DNA of 64,000 nt from Phoronis australis. Its lineage: Eukaryota > Animalia > Phoronida. The DNA is taken from assembly GCA_002633005.1 (NCBI GenBank), contig NMRA01000038.1:891329-955328 (forward strand), in the 5' to 3' direction. How positions within the stretch are numbered: position 1 is the first letter of the stretch; each line of letters starts with the position of its first letter. The notes below the pieces were generated by a model. That model was given only the letters and a program-made list of their open reading frames with translations, was not told where the DNA came from and made no database searches. Both the position numbers and the translations under genes were made by a program. Positions 28,801 through 39,400 of the stretch are shown here, in pieces.

Positions 28801-31800
28801 TTGGTGTTGTAAATTTTTTTACATAAATAAAGTCAAAATAATGATAAAAAGAGACGAAAAAGAAGAAACTGGAAATCAAATATCAGGAAATTGAAAACCA
28901 AAAAAGAAAAAATCCTCTTAAAAGAGGAAACTTCCAAGCCCTGAGGTCTGCTGAAATCCACGGCACTGAGAATTGAAGAGGGCGACTGCACCGCTTTTAT
29001 GTAACAGTTCACAAATCACGGTTCACCATGCAATCTGACCAGTTTGAATTTTATTCAACTGTGTGCAATTTGGAAATCAATGCGAGGAGTTTTAACTCAC
29101 CGGGGACAACTCGTTTCCTCAACAAAACGGAACATCTTGGATGTATCACGTGAGCTTAATGCAGATTTCAAGCAGTTAGGCACAAACCCACAAGTATATG
29201 GATTTCAATTACATTTATGAATTTTGGTACTCCTGTCGCATTAGAATTTCCTGTTATGGAAGACACTGAATACCAAGATGGTTAACTCCTACGTCCGTCC
29301 TGTGACAAATACTTCGGGATGGGTTGGCTAAAAATATGTTTATGCCAAAAATAGCAACAAACGCAGAACGGCACCAACAACACATTGTTGCTGGAACCGC
29401 AGGACTCAGCCTTCTTGTAATTATGGACATGTGTGAAAATGTGCCAGCTAAGACATTGGTAATAATTGGGTGTTCAGGCAACAACTGACTGCAGCCGCCA
29501 TGAGCATGCCCTTTTCAAAAACAGACACATGCCGCCAAGAATGAACTGCAAGAAGCATACGCTAGCAGGACACCTGACCTCTGCAGCAGACAAATCAGAT
29601 AAACCGATCACTCTTCCATACCAGTCAACATAGGGAAATTTTTCAGGTGAACAATTTTGCACTGAAATTTGAAAATTTGCGATACAACTGAAATTCTCCC
29701 TGGGTGAGCAGTAGGACATCCACACTCCGACAGTCACAAGCTGGAGAAGTAGGTACCTACTTCACAAGGGCTCGTTCTAATCAAGCCTGTAAGCCACAAT
29801 TGCAAATTACGCTCAACCCAGGGTGAAATAGCAAAGTTGTGTACATTGCGATGTAGATGGACATCTTTGGAGGCAGATGAAGTCTTTAAATCCTTCCAAC
29901 TCGAACTAAAAATCCTTCGTTCCCTGACAAAATTTAAGACTGAACATCATTACAGTTACTGTGCTCGAGTCCAACGGAAGCCCAAAGAGGGCTATGGGGA
30001 TGTCACTAGTTTGCTAGCCACGTCAATAGGAGGCAGCACAGACGGGGGACCTGCCTAGGTGTTCCAGAAATGGTATTAACCCCAAGAGGCTCAGTTTATT
30101 CCTTATTTTAATCGTAAATAAGTTAGCTTGCAGCCTCCACTATAGTGTAGGTGAGCACATGAAAAACATTACTTAAGCTCCCACCGTTTCCTGGCAGACA
30201 CAACTAGAAAGACTTGTGTCACAAATCAAATTACCTGACTAGACCACTGATTGATTGGGCTCTTACTGCAGATGACAATAAACAATCTGACCAACTTAGT
30301 ACACAATGCTGTGGATGAGTGAGATTTTGCTTTCTATCATGTTTCATAAACAGCAAGCACTAAGGTAATGCTTTGCAGATTTTCAAGTTCGGTAGCGCAG
30401 CTACCATTACCTCAGATGATATTAAGTAAAATAATGGGCATTCAAAACAATGTATAGGCAATTGTGACATTACCTTTGTCTGAAATTGATGGGATTTAAA
30501 CGTAATCCCAATGGCAAGTTTTTCTACTCTTATTGATATAAGTACCACGATTTCCCGCAATAAAGGAAAATGGACAAGATAAGCAGAATCTTACTTCTTT
30601 CATGGAATTAGAAGTTTCAAATGGCATTGCTCTTCCCTTAGCTGAGCACCAACTAGTCAAATGCTACTAAGCGAAAATCCCAGGTAGCCAAATAAACCCG
30701 AGGTCGGAAGTCAACAAACAAAAGAACGGTCATGCTGCTATGGATTTATTTCAAATTACGCAAGCAATTCCCAGATCATTTTAAGTTATCATTTTGAAAT
30801 AGTAAAACAAAATTTGCCAACTTGGAAAATGGAAAATATTGTTATTTTATGGTTGCTACAATGGATTGCTCCAATCTTGAAAACACAATACCAGGGTCTA
30901 CGTATTAGCTGTGTCCACCGGACAGTTGCTCTAGTGCAGTGTACACAGGAACGAGATGATCGGGTGTAGGCGACGGCAAAAATAAGGATGCGCAACTTTA
31001 TATCAAAATAACACCCGATTCTGAGGTAGTGGAACATATTGAAGACTGCAGGCCAAGTTGACAGACCTAGAGATCACAGCAAAGTGCTACCTTTCTACTT
31101 GACATACGCGTAAAGCAATTTTCTCACCGATTCCATTTAGTCAGCAGTGGTAGGTATGCAGTGCTCTCCACGACCTGTTTTGACTCGATGCGGTAACGAG
31201 TTTGGATTTTGCCACGTCGAGTTTGGGGAATGCGCGTCAAGTTTAAAAATTGCCGTGTCAGGGTTAAAATCTTGGCTGGCTTAGCACTTCAGCCCACAGC
31301 ATCAAATCCGAGCCTCATTTTACCAACAGAAAACATAGTTTACTTTACTAAGAGGCAGCTAACAGTACCATATTCGCCGTAAGAAGGCGCCCGGGGTGTT
31401 TAGTAAATATGTTTCGGGGATGAGGCGCTTATTGTAACCCAAGGCGGTTGAAACCCGGTTTCTTTAACGGGTGAAATCGGAAGCTAGGATTCATCAAATT
31501 TACGCTATGTGATGTATCTATAGCCTATGACAAGACTTTCTACAAAACTGTGGCCCCAAACTTGGGGGGGCGAAGGTGTCCACTATAAGTGGGGAATTTT
31601 ATCAGGGGTATTTTACTTTAAAAACACCAATTACGAATACATTAAACAAGTGATTAATGAAGCAATCCCTCTTAAAAATAACGCAACAGTTTTACGGCAT
31701 TAGAAACTTTCTGAAATTAGTGCCAATATTTATTTTTTCCCCGATACGCTACCCGTAGTTTCATGGATAGTTCCCGAAGACTAATAATGTCTGCAATGAC

Positions 31801-34800
31801 AAGCGCGATACCTGGCTACGTGCTTTTAACGACAAGTTTTTTTATTCGTGAGACAGTCGTCAGCTGAATCGGGCACTTTGAGTACGATTTGCAGTTTTCA
31901 CGTGTAAGCCCTACAAAGTGTCAAAAAGTAGGTGATCCCTGACTAGTTCAGTGTACATTTTTGAAACATATATAGGGCCTACCATAAATACCATAAGTGG
32001 AGAAGTTAAGGCTATAGATTAGAAAAAAGACAGTGCTGACTACTGATATTGAACTCTAGAAATTTGCGTCGAGTTTGGAATTGGTATAGTGGAGAACACT
32101 GGGTATGGTGCCTAGAACTCTGTTTACAAAGCTCAATTTGAAAACCCACAGCTCACCAATGTGACCTCAGATTTTGTTTGGTTATCTGTTAAAATCCCAA
32201 GTGGCCACGAAATCACCACAATTGTGCACACATAATGCACAGGAAGTAAACAAACAGGAGTATAAATTGTTCAGCAAAAACTGGAAGGACTTGATCATGA
32301 TGCACACAGTAGTGTTTCCATCAAGATGCACGCAGTAGTATCTCCAGTACGATGCACGCAGTAGCATTTCCATCACGATGCACGCAGTAGTGTTCCCATC
32401 ACGATGCACGCAGTAGTATCTCCAGTACGATGCACGCAGTAGCGTTTCCATCACGATGCACGCAGTAGCGTTTCCATCACGATGCACGCAGTAGCGTTTC
32501 CATCACGATGCACGCAGTAGCGTTTCCATCACGATGCACGCAGTAGCGTTTCCATCATCTGCTGAAGTAGGCGAGCGTGTAGGGGCAGTTGGGGTTTTTG
32601 ATGGCTCCATCCTGTGCTGCTTGCTAAAAAAGGGAAAACCCCTCTTGGGCATCTTTGGATATCCTGGCGGAAATTTGTTCAGTTCCTCGATGTGCTAATG
32701 TCGCTTTAGACTGTTGCTGTGAAGGTCTGTACTTTCACACCTCCAAATACAGGGTTTCCGTATTTTGGTGAGCTCATTTCCCATTCCGCAATCTTGGAAA
32801 TTTTCCAAGTCGCATTTGGCGTTATGCTAAGCATCAAGCCATGCACCACAAATGGTGACATAGAACAGCCGATGCTGCACAATTATGTGCATAACTAAGG
32901 TTGACATGCAATGAGTTGTCATCTTGGATGTCAATTTCGTCTCAAATTTCAGAGGCACTACAACTTGATTTTGATATGTCGTTTCATGTAAACAAAATGC
33001 CTCAACACCAAACTGGAGCACGACAGAAGCGATCACATTACCCGTGTTTCTACAGCAGTGTACACACGGATGATCATTTACGCTTCATAACTACAATTTG
33101 CCCTCGAGTTCAACATTATAACAGTTATGTCTTCAAGAACCTCCTCAAATGCAATCTAATATACCAAAAACCGTTTTCTCTTTCTCAACACCAACTCCAG
33201 CCAGTTGCAACCCTGGGCATGCTCACTCCACCTTCCTGTCTACGACTTCCATCTTGTTCACGTTTTTGAGTTGTGTGTGTAAATGGACACATGACACTGA
33301 CCATCTCGCACTGGATCAGGTTGTACAGAGTCCAGAGTCAACGTCTAAACAGGGCTTTCGGGACAATTCCGCTAAGAAACCCTTTGTCTGGAGACAACCT
33401 GATCCTAGCCACTGAATGTGAACTGGTTCTTGAAAGCAGTCCACAACTCAAACTCGGAAGTACTATATCTCAATCCAAAATAAAGTGTCTGTAGGCAACA
33501 TTCCACATATTTAAAAGGATTCCAAACCTGGTTTTAGCTTACTAACAGATATTAAAAACAACTTTCCCATCCAGTTCTCTGAAACATAATAATGTTCTGT
33601 AACCACCACCAACCCTCAAAAGTTTGGAGGAAAACTTGGAAACACCTTACAAAGTCTGCTAAACACGCAAGCGGGACCTACGCTTTAGTGAATCACGGGG
33701 CAACTGTGGGGAAAAGACCACCCACCAAGGACCCCCCAAGGACCACAATATCCAATTTGTGACATAGGGAGTACCAGTGTTAGTTGATTCCTGCCTTTAA
33801 CTTGGAAGATTGACACCAATGATGCATTAGCAGGTGACAGAACAGGGATTGGTTGAAATCATCAAATGAGGTTTAGTATCCTTTTAATTCCTTACTGCTA
33901 AAAATCAAGTACCTCGGAAGAAGAAGATTGGCCAGTGCGTATACTTGACCCAAGCATAGTGAGTATTAAGTATCGGAAACAAATAAGACAAGGGATTCCA
34001 TGTTTAATTATATGCTAGAAGTTGCTTAAGGGAAAAATTAATTGGAGTAGTCAGCCAATCAGTGTGGTCTTGACACAAACTCTACAACTTCATTAAAGTA
34101 GGAAGTCAATTCAATCAGTTATTATTCAGTCAATTATTGCAATCATTTGGGTTAATGCCAGGGGGGCACTTAATCTGAAAATTTTAAAAACCAGTGGGTG
34201 GGCATTACATTAGCCATAACAGTTGCTGTGTGTTTCAAAGTTATTTCACTGAGACGCTAATCAAAACAGGCAAGAGTTGGTTACTGACTAGCAAAAGGCA
34301 AGTCTCTTGAATTCTATCAATCCATTAGGGCACATTATCAATGTGATCTTGTGACGATTATTAACACTTAAACCAATTTCAGTGATTAGCCCAAGACATC
34401 AGCTAATCAGACAAGAAGCAGTTTAATAGCTCAGTGACTATGCATCACAAACTGGAACCTATCGCCTGGAGAACTATGCCTTCCTCCTGACATCCGCACA
34501 GTCAAAGATGGATAGTTCTAGAAGCGAATATTGCTGAAATGAGCCGGGCTTGCCGAATGTCACGTGAACAGTGTTCCAGCAGATGTATTGTCGCAAAGGC
34601 ATGGCACAATTCGCCACCAAAAGTATATAGCCAAAGTGGAGCAATTTTTAACTTGGCCTTCAATACACCTCACTTAGGACTGGACTTATGCCAAAACAAT
34701 TGCGAACACTTTAAGAGTGTGATGTGGCCAGCTGGGCTAGAAATTTCCCTGCATTCAGGATGAAACAAAATGGCAGCCCCATGTGCTGCACGTGCCAAGA

Positions 34801-36114
34801 ATACCCTCAATGATTTGAAAACGTTTATGCTGAAATGATATTATGCTTTACTGTGCCCTTCTTACCACTATCGGTGTGTGAAAACTGCATATGTACAACC
34901 CATGGTCAAGTCCAAACTAGTCCCTCAACACAGAAAATTCAGGTCGACTGCGTGTGCAAGTTGACCTTAATGCTATGCTGAAACTAACAACTGCTAAATC
35001 TCAAATTCATTCTACTGATCAACACGTCCTTTGATAACCAGCAAAAACATGTTTTTGCACGGCACCTCGCTTGTTCTATTGTCACAGACACAATACAAAA
35101 GTTTTTAAACATCAACAAATTTAAATTTGTGATAAGTGATTAACACACTTTCATAATATGTTAAACATTGGTTTAAAGTAATAAAAAAATTTCCACAGTG
35201 ACAGTTCACTTTGACTTAACCCTAAAAGTTAGAACCTGAACCCTAAGGATAACAACCCTGGCCGAATTGGACTGATTGACATGATAGAATCACTCTAGTT
35301 TGATTGACAGGTGCATCATCAGACCCCTAGATAAATGGACCTTTTCAATGCTCCTCCATGAGATATGGCACACAATCGTGACCTACCTGAGAGTTCCGAC
35401 GAGATGAGCGAGTCAGAAGGGGCATCTCCATACCAGAATATCCATAATTCTTTCGTGAATGGTGGTGAATTGGGCTTGCTCGATTCATTAGCAAGAACCT
35501 TGCGCCAGACACTCAGGATGTCCGACTGTATGCACTTGACATATGTTGACAGTACGGGGTCATCTGTAGGGTCAATGCATTCTGCATATTCAGATTTAGC
35601 ACGGAGCTTTCGCCATTTGATGCCACTTAAATCCGTCTGCAGAAGGGATGAAACGGTGTTAGGCAATGCACAAATCTGTTGCAAAAAAACTAGTACTCAG
35701 CATCAATAGTAACCTCACGCTGAATGTAAAACGTGTTGATAACATATATCACGGCAATATCACCCCCGCAGGTGGATTGTCCCGTGATCTATCATGCTAT
35801 GACTCGTTAACAACTGGTGAATCGGTAAATTTTGGGAAATTCTACTTCTTACCATCTTACAGGGGCCGCAAATTCTGATACATGGGCTCGGCAAACAAAC
35901 ACCAAATGTCAGTATGTAAATTCCCTGAGCAGTACTAATAGTCATGTAAACGATCCACTCAAAATTAATTTGGGGTCACCTTTTCACCAAAGGACACTTG
36001 ATGAAATCCAAAAAGTCCAATTCCGAGAATCGGAGAATGACTTACCAGTGAGAAGAGATTCGTGTGGCAATCTTCAAGGCTACAGCCATTTCCCGCGGGT
36101 GTTGGGTGACTCAT
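1500..36114 (-). CDS. MED13: Mediator subunit 13 (MED13/skuld), 5' part: coding exons 1-7; gene continues beyond the left edge
   Basis: Spliced translation [23 protein letters not shown]|[10 protein letters not shown]...ELWIFWYGD...|[20 protein letters not shown]|[17 protein letters not shown]...|[19 protein letters not shown]...|[13 protein letters not shown]...WKQFYPI...|[10 protein letters not shown]...LTPPTSP...VAERVWQD matches the Med13 N-terminal domain; all junctions GT-AG with compatible phases. Confidence 0.97.
2647..3046 (+). mobile_element. Non-autonomous TTAA-flanked DNA transposon (Kolobok-like), copy 1
   Basis: TTAA|AGATGTATTTGCATGCT...AGCGTGCCAGTTGCACT|TTAA; AG..CT termini, imperfect TIR; inverted homolog at 44268-44672. 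Confidence 0.7.
3096..3147. repeat. 17-bp tandem repeat x3
   Basis: (ACCACTTACCCACATGA)x3. Confidence 0.9.
3469..3639 (-). CDS. MED13: MED13 exon 6
   Basis: tttcag acceptor, [15 protein letters not shown]...WKQFYPI...CVEVIV, donor GTAAGT, phase 1->1. Confidence 0.95.
4564..4733. repeat. 41-bp minisatellite, ~4 copies
   Basis: (CACACCAGAGGCCAATGGCATTGGAGGTGGATGAGCCTCTC)n. Confidence 0.93.
6061..6206 (-). CDS. MED13: MED13 exon 5
   Basis: ttccag acceptor, [48 protein letters not shown], donor GTAGGT, phase 2->1. Confidence 0.95.
6417..7751 (+). mobile_element. TA-flanked TIR DNA transposon (CCGTA-type termini) carrying a decayed HIRAN-like ORF
   Basis: TA|TTGTATTCGCCCTAATAAGCAC ... GTGCTTATTAGGGCAAATACGG|TA (~22-bp TIR); deleted relative at 31365-31635. 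Confidence 0.78.
7312..7610 (+). pseudogene. Frameshifted HIRAN-domain-like coding remnant
   Basis: [21 protein letters not shown].../[39 protein letters not shown]...GLQIP, resembling the IRGYHVYK..W.P..GE.L...N..D..A...GHVP...GLEIP pattern. Confidence 0.65.
10646..10732 (-). CDS. MED13: MED13 exon 4
   Basis: tttcag acceptor, [28 protein letters not shown](S), donor GTATGA, phase 2->2; absent from the ORF track. Confidence 0.95.
11080..11164 (-). CDS. MED13: MED13 exon 3
   Basis: tttcag acceptor, [28 protein letters not shown](R), donor GTATGG, phase 1->2. Confidence 0.96.
13748..13950 (+). mobile_element. tRNA-derived SINE, copy A
   Basis: Head with A-box-like CCTAGTGG and B-box GGTTCAAGTCC; body homologous to 48686-48875. 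Confidence 0.75.
15517..16360 (+). mobile_element. Diverged or truncated member of the same HINE-like family
   Basis: ACAAGAGCAACGCAGAGC start; AAGATCCTGCAAGAGGTTAAGGAGATAGAGCCGCGGACGCC and GCCACTACATGGCGCC blocks shared with other copies; right boundary approximate. Confidence 0.6.
22005..22555. mobile_element. MITE (PIF/Harbinger-like) with internal 25-bp tandem repeat
   Basis: TIRs GGTCCTTTCATACTAAC / GTCAATATGAAAGGGCC; internal CAGTATGAACG subrepeats; (CGCAGTTAACAGCCCCAGTTAACAT)x3 at 22084-22170; degenerate inverted relative at ~23520-23750. Confidence 0.65.
24344..25552 (+). mobile_element. HINE-like element, copy 2
   Basis: ACAAGAGCAACGCGGAGCATTGAAATGCGCCCACA start; TATGCGATCACATACAAATACGTGGGCGGCATAA end; subterminal inverted repeat ATGCGCCCAC/GTGGGCG(G)CAT. 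Confidence 0.82.
25992..26150. repeat. 14-bp minisatellite, ~11 copies
   Basis: (WTGCTTCGTATGYT)n. Confidence 0.93.
28100..29407. repeat. ~650-bp tandem duplication split by a single N (probable assembly overlap)
   Basis: 28100-28761 repeated at 28763-29407 with the N at 28762 exactly at the junction. Confidence 0.92.
31159..32101. mobile_element. hAT-like non-autonomous element with apparent 6-bp TSD
   Basis: GGTATG|CAGTGCTCTCCAC ... GTGGAGAACACTG|GGTATG; subterminal CGAGTTTGG repeats. Confidence 0.72.
31365..31635 (+). mobile_element. Internally deleted fragment of the 6417-7751 family, nested in the hAT-like element
   Basis: TACCATATTCGCCGTAAG start; shares AGGCGCTTATT...TCAAATTTACGCT.TGTGATGTATCT...CCTATGACA and TTAAAAACACCAATTA blocks. 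Confidence 0.7.
32296..32556. repeat. 26-bp minisatellite, ~10 copies
   Basis: (GATGCACGCAGTAGCGTTTCCATCAC)n with variant units. Confidence 0.93.
35387..35636 (-). CDS. MED13: MED13 exon 2
   Basis: ctgcag acceptor, TDLSGIKW...DDPVL...[11 protein letters not shown]...SELS, donor GTAGGT, phase 0->1. Confidence 0.96.
36046..36114 (-). CDS. MED13: MED13 coding exon 1 ([23 protein letters not shown])
   Basis: 69 nt, ATG at 36114, donor GTAAG; matches conserved NGxSLEDCHxNLFxL. Confidence 0.95.
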
Positions 36115-36393
36115 TGCTCACTCCATGATAGTTCAAAGATTTGAGTAAATAAAAACGATGTAAATGTACTCAGATAGTCCATAAATCGGGAGAAAATCCT
36201 TGAAAGAGACAGATTTTCAACAGAAATGGCGACAGCAATGGCGACTGTAATGAACAACAAGGCGGTAAGGGTCACTGGACCCCGATTGGTTTGAGCCAGT
36301 CACGTGGGGAAAGTTGACCTAGAAATGAATGGTAAGGGGAAGTTGTGCACAGATGATTCTCTAAGCGATTTACCGTGTTTGTAAAGACAAGTC
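36115..36393. promoter_or_regulatory. Bidirectional promoter and 5' UTRs shared by MED13 and BLTP2
   Basis: 279 bp between divergent ATGs; YY1-like AAATGGCGAC (36224) and CAATGGCGAC (36236), reverse CCAAT (ATTGG 36285), E-box GTCACGTGG (36299), ETS-like GGAAGT (~36338). Confidence 0.85.
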
Positions 36394-36452
36394 ATGTCCT
36401 TTTACTTGTGGCTTGTGTTCTTTATACTCTTGATACCATGGTTTATATCGAG
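36394..36452 (+). CDS. BLTP2: BLTP2 exon 1 (N-terminal transmembrane anchor)
   Basis: ATG TCC TTT TAC..., hydrophobic 19 aa, donor AG|GTAAGA, phase 2. Confidence 0.88.
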
Positions 36453-39400
36453 GTAAGATTTTCAACTCATTGGTTGCTTGGTTAGCAATAAAACGCTGAT
36501 TGTAAATAAGCAGGTGCTCGGAATGCACACCCCTTGTCACTTAGTACACAATTTAATTCTCATAGTTAGGAGTTTGGCATTGATCATGGCACATTATCAG
36601 TTTCTGTCGTCCAATCTTTCTTGTTTCTTAGAATATGTTGTTCTTCAGATTTTCCTTGAACTCGTAATTAGCGATAATTTTTTTAAAATTTTTTCTCGAA
36701 AATGTACTAGCCTATCAGGTTGTAAATTTACAAAAAAGTAAACTTCCCACTCAGATCTCATTGTCTGCTCCATAAAACTAAAAGTATAAGCACCCCCCGC
36801 CACCCCCCATGTAAAGCCCACGCACACTGTTCCTCCTGTATAAGCCCACCTTAGTGCTGAGGTATAATTATTGTCCAACCCCGTCTGACCTCCTAGACCT
36901 CATCACATCAAACTTCTCTTTTCCGTTTTATCACTAGACACTAGACTCTAGATAGTCTAGTCGAAAAATGGCCCTCCGTGCACCCCCCGGACTTCAACTT
37001 CAGCATTCAAGTTGAATTTTTATGAAGGAAAATATGGGTGAAAACGGAAAAAGGATGCTAACAAGCCGAAAAAATGTCCTACGTATGTTTTTATGAAAAT
37101 TAGTGCCGCCATTACCGATTTTGCATTATTTTGCAATATGCCGCCGACTGTTTCATATAACTGAAAGAACTAAGTGTCTGGACATATATTTGGTGGGTCA
37201 AACATTACATTAGAACTACAAATAAGTGCTAAAAGGTATCTTTTACATGGTACAGGTATAAAACACTCAACACATGGAGCAGATTAGTACTGTGTGGGAC
37301 ACTATAATTTTCTATTTGTATCCAAATTCAGGGTTTTTGATGTTGACCCATCCATGAAAACAAACTGTGACATTGTAGTCCAAAGGTTTAGAAGTAAAAC
37401 ACACCTTGAATACAAACTAACATCAAAATACACAAATGGCCTGCTGACACATGTATGTCAATCGATGCGAATCCAATGCTGGGGACAGGGAAAATTGGAC
37501 TGCATTCGAAATTAAGGCAGCTATCGACGCAGGTGCAAAAATCATCGTTATAAGAAAACAATGAGGTTGAAGCTTATCTACTGACATCAAAGAAAGAACA
37601 CTCTCTACCCATGTCTATTCTCCATTTAGACTCTATAAACGAACAAGGCAATTTTACAATCTTAAGCAATGTCAGAGGAACAGCAACCGAAAAACTACAG
37701 CAGCTTCATGAAATTCAGGACGAACGTCTCCGACAGTCATGTGATTCTTCACATTGTATACAGTCCGTGTGTGATCAGATTCCTTCTGTTCTTCCAAGTG
37801 AATTTCAAGAAAATGGGTTATCACAGACAAAACTATGAACATTTCACTGTCAAATAAGCTCAATTTGATCTGAACATAGAACAGGCGCTGACTAACAGGA
37901 CCATCGAGTCTGGCCGTGAGCTCAGCTGGCTTTTTTCTGATTTTTTTGCAATTTATAAGAAAGTCGATTTGGCAAGTTTGAAAGCCAAAAACAGAAAAAA
38001 AAACAACACGACCAAATCAAATCAAAGACCTACCAACGTTACAAATGTCATTCCCAGAGGAGTGTAATCGTATCGTCTGCTCTTCGATGTGTGGCAGATT
38101 CAAGTTTTTTGGGAGAGTGCAAGGAACCCCGAATATGTAATTTCTTCAGAAAATACAGTTTCAAAAACAAACTGTTAACTAAAAAAGTATCTCAGTTTCA
38201 TTTAGTATATTGTAAACAAGTATACAACATGACTTTCTAAAACCGCTCTAAGGTGGTGGCGTGTTACAACTATTATTAAAATCTCTTGGTCTATTTACAC
38301 CGACCTTTTGTCTGTTTACACTGTCACGACGTTTCGGTCGGTCTATTCTCCGGCCATCATCAGGTGTTCCTGCGTTCTTAGAAGAGCGAGCACGGATATG
38401 TGGTACACTCATCATGGTGTGATTTTTTTGTCCGAGGCAGGGTTTGAACCCACGACTTCAGAAACTACAGATAATTTGACTCCAGCACCTGATCGACCGA
38501 AACGTCGTAATAGACAAGAGGTCGGATGTAAATAGACCATGAGATTTTAATAATAGTTGAGTATACAACAGAAAACAATAAAAATATGAAATTATCATGT
38601 ACATTCACGTTAACAGACTATCTCCCTAAGTTTAGTAGAATAAGGCCATTGGTAGGTACTCGTGGAACTATTTCCGTGGCAAAAAATAGCATGCTCACAA
38701 TCCGCTATGTCAGGTCATGTTCTTACGCCACTTTCCGTTTTAACCACCAGACTTGAGCTAGATCAAATTCTCATGCAGGTAAGTCTCATGGGAGAGTCGC
38801 AGATGCATCTATTGCCACAGGTCGTGGGGTTGTGGGTCAAGGGGGTTGTGGGTGTCGAAGGGGTTTTAGAACAATCCGTTAAATCCCAGACATTGAGTGA
38901 GCCATTGAACATGCCAGAACTCATGAAGTACTGCCTGATACCCATGCCCCCTAGTCTTGGAACACCAGGCATTTTTTCCAAGACCAACAAAGCCTCCATT
39001 TTGCATTATCTTCGGAACGACATTGCGCCAGAAGACATTCATTATACTGAGGATGATCTGTTCATCCAAGATGGTTTTGCATTCCTCCGTGCGTTAGCAA
39101 ATCTCCCTCCAACATGTGGTAATGTCTGTTTACAAGTACTTGATCAAATGGTGTCGAAGAAGCACTTCTTGTTCTCAACTGTCAGCTATACCACCCTGAA
39201 TCTCTCAAAGCTAGGAGCGGTTGTGACGTGGCAGTTCAGAGAAAATAATTTTGGTTGGATCAGCTACACAAAAGCCGTATGACTTCAAAACTTTTCTTGC
39301 AAACGATGACAAAAAAGCAACTCTGTCAACTGTTACTGCAAATCTGGAGTGGTGAGAAGGCAGTTTCCAGGTAGAAGAAAACTGAGATGGCCATCCTGAT

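Noticed and set aside
32540-33500. Coding-looking stretch (minus-strand ...SLKRH*H..., plus-strand ORFs 32901-33494)
   Set aside because: In-frame stops, no convincing domain or splice structure; cannot be supported without a search
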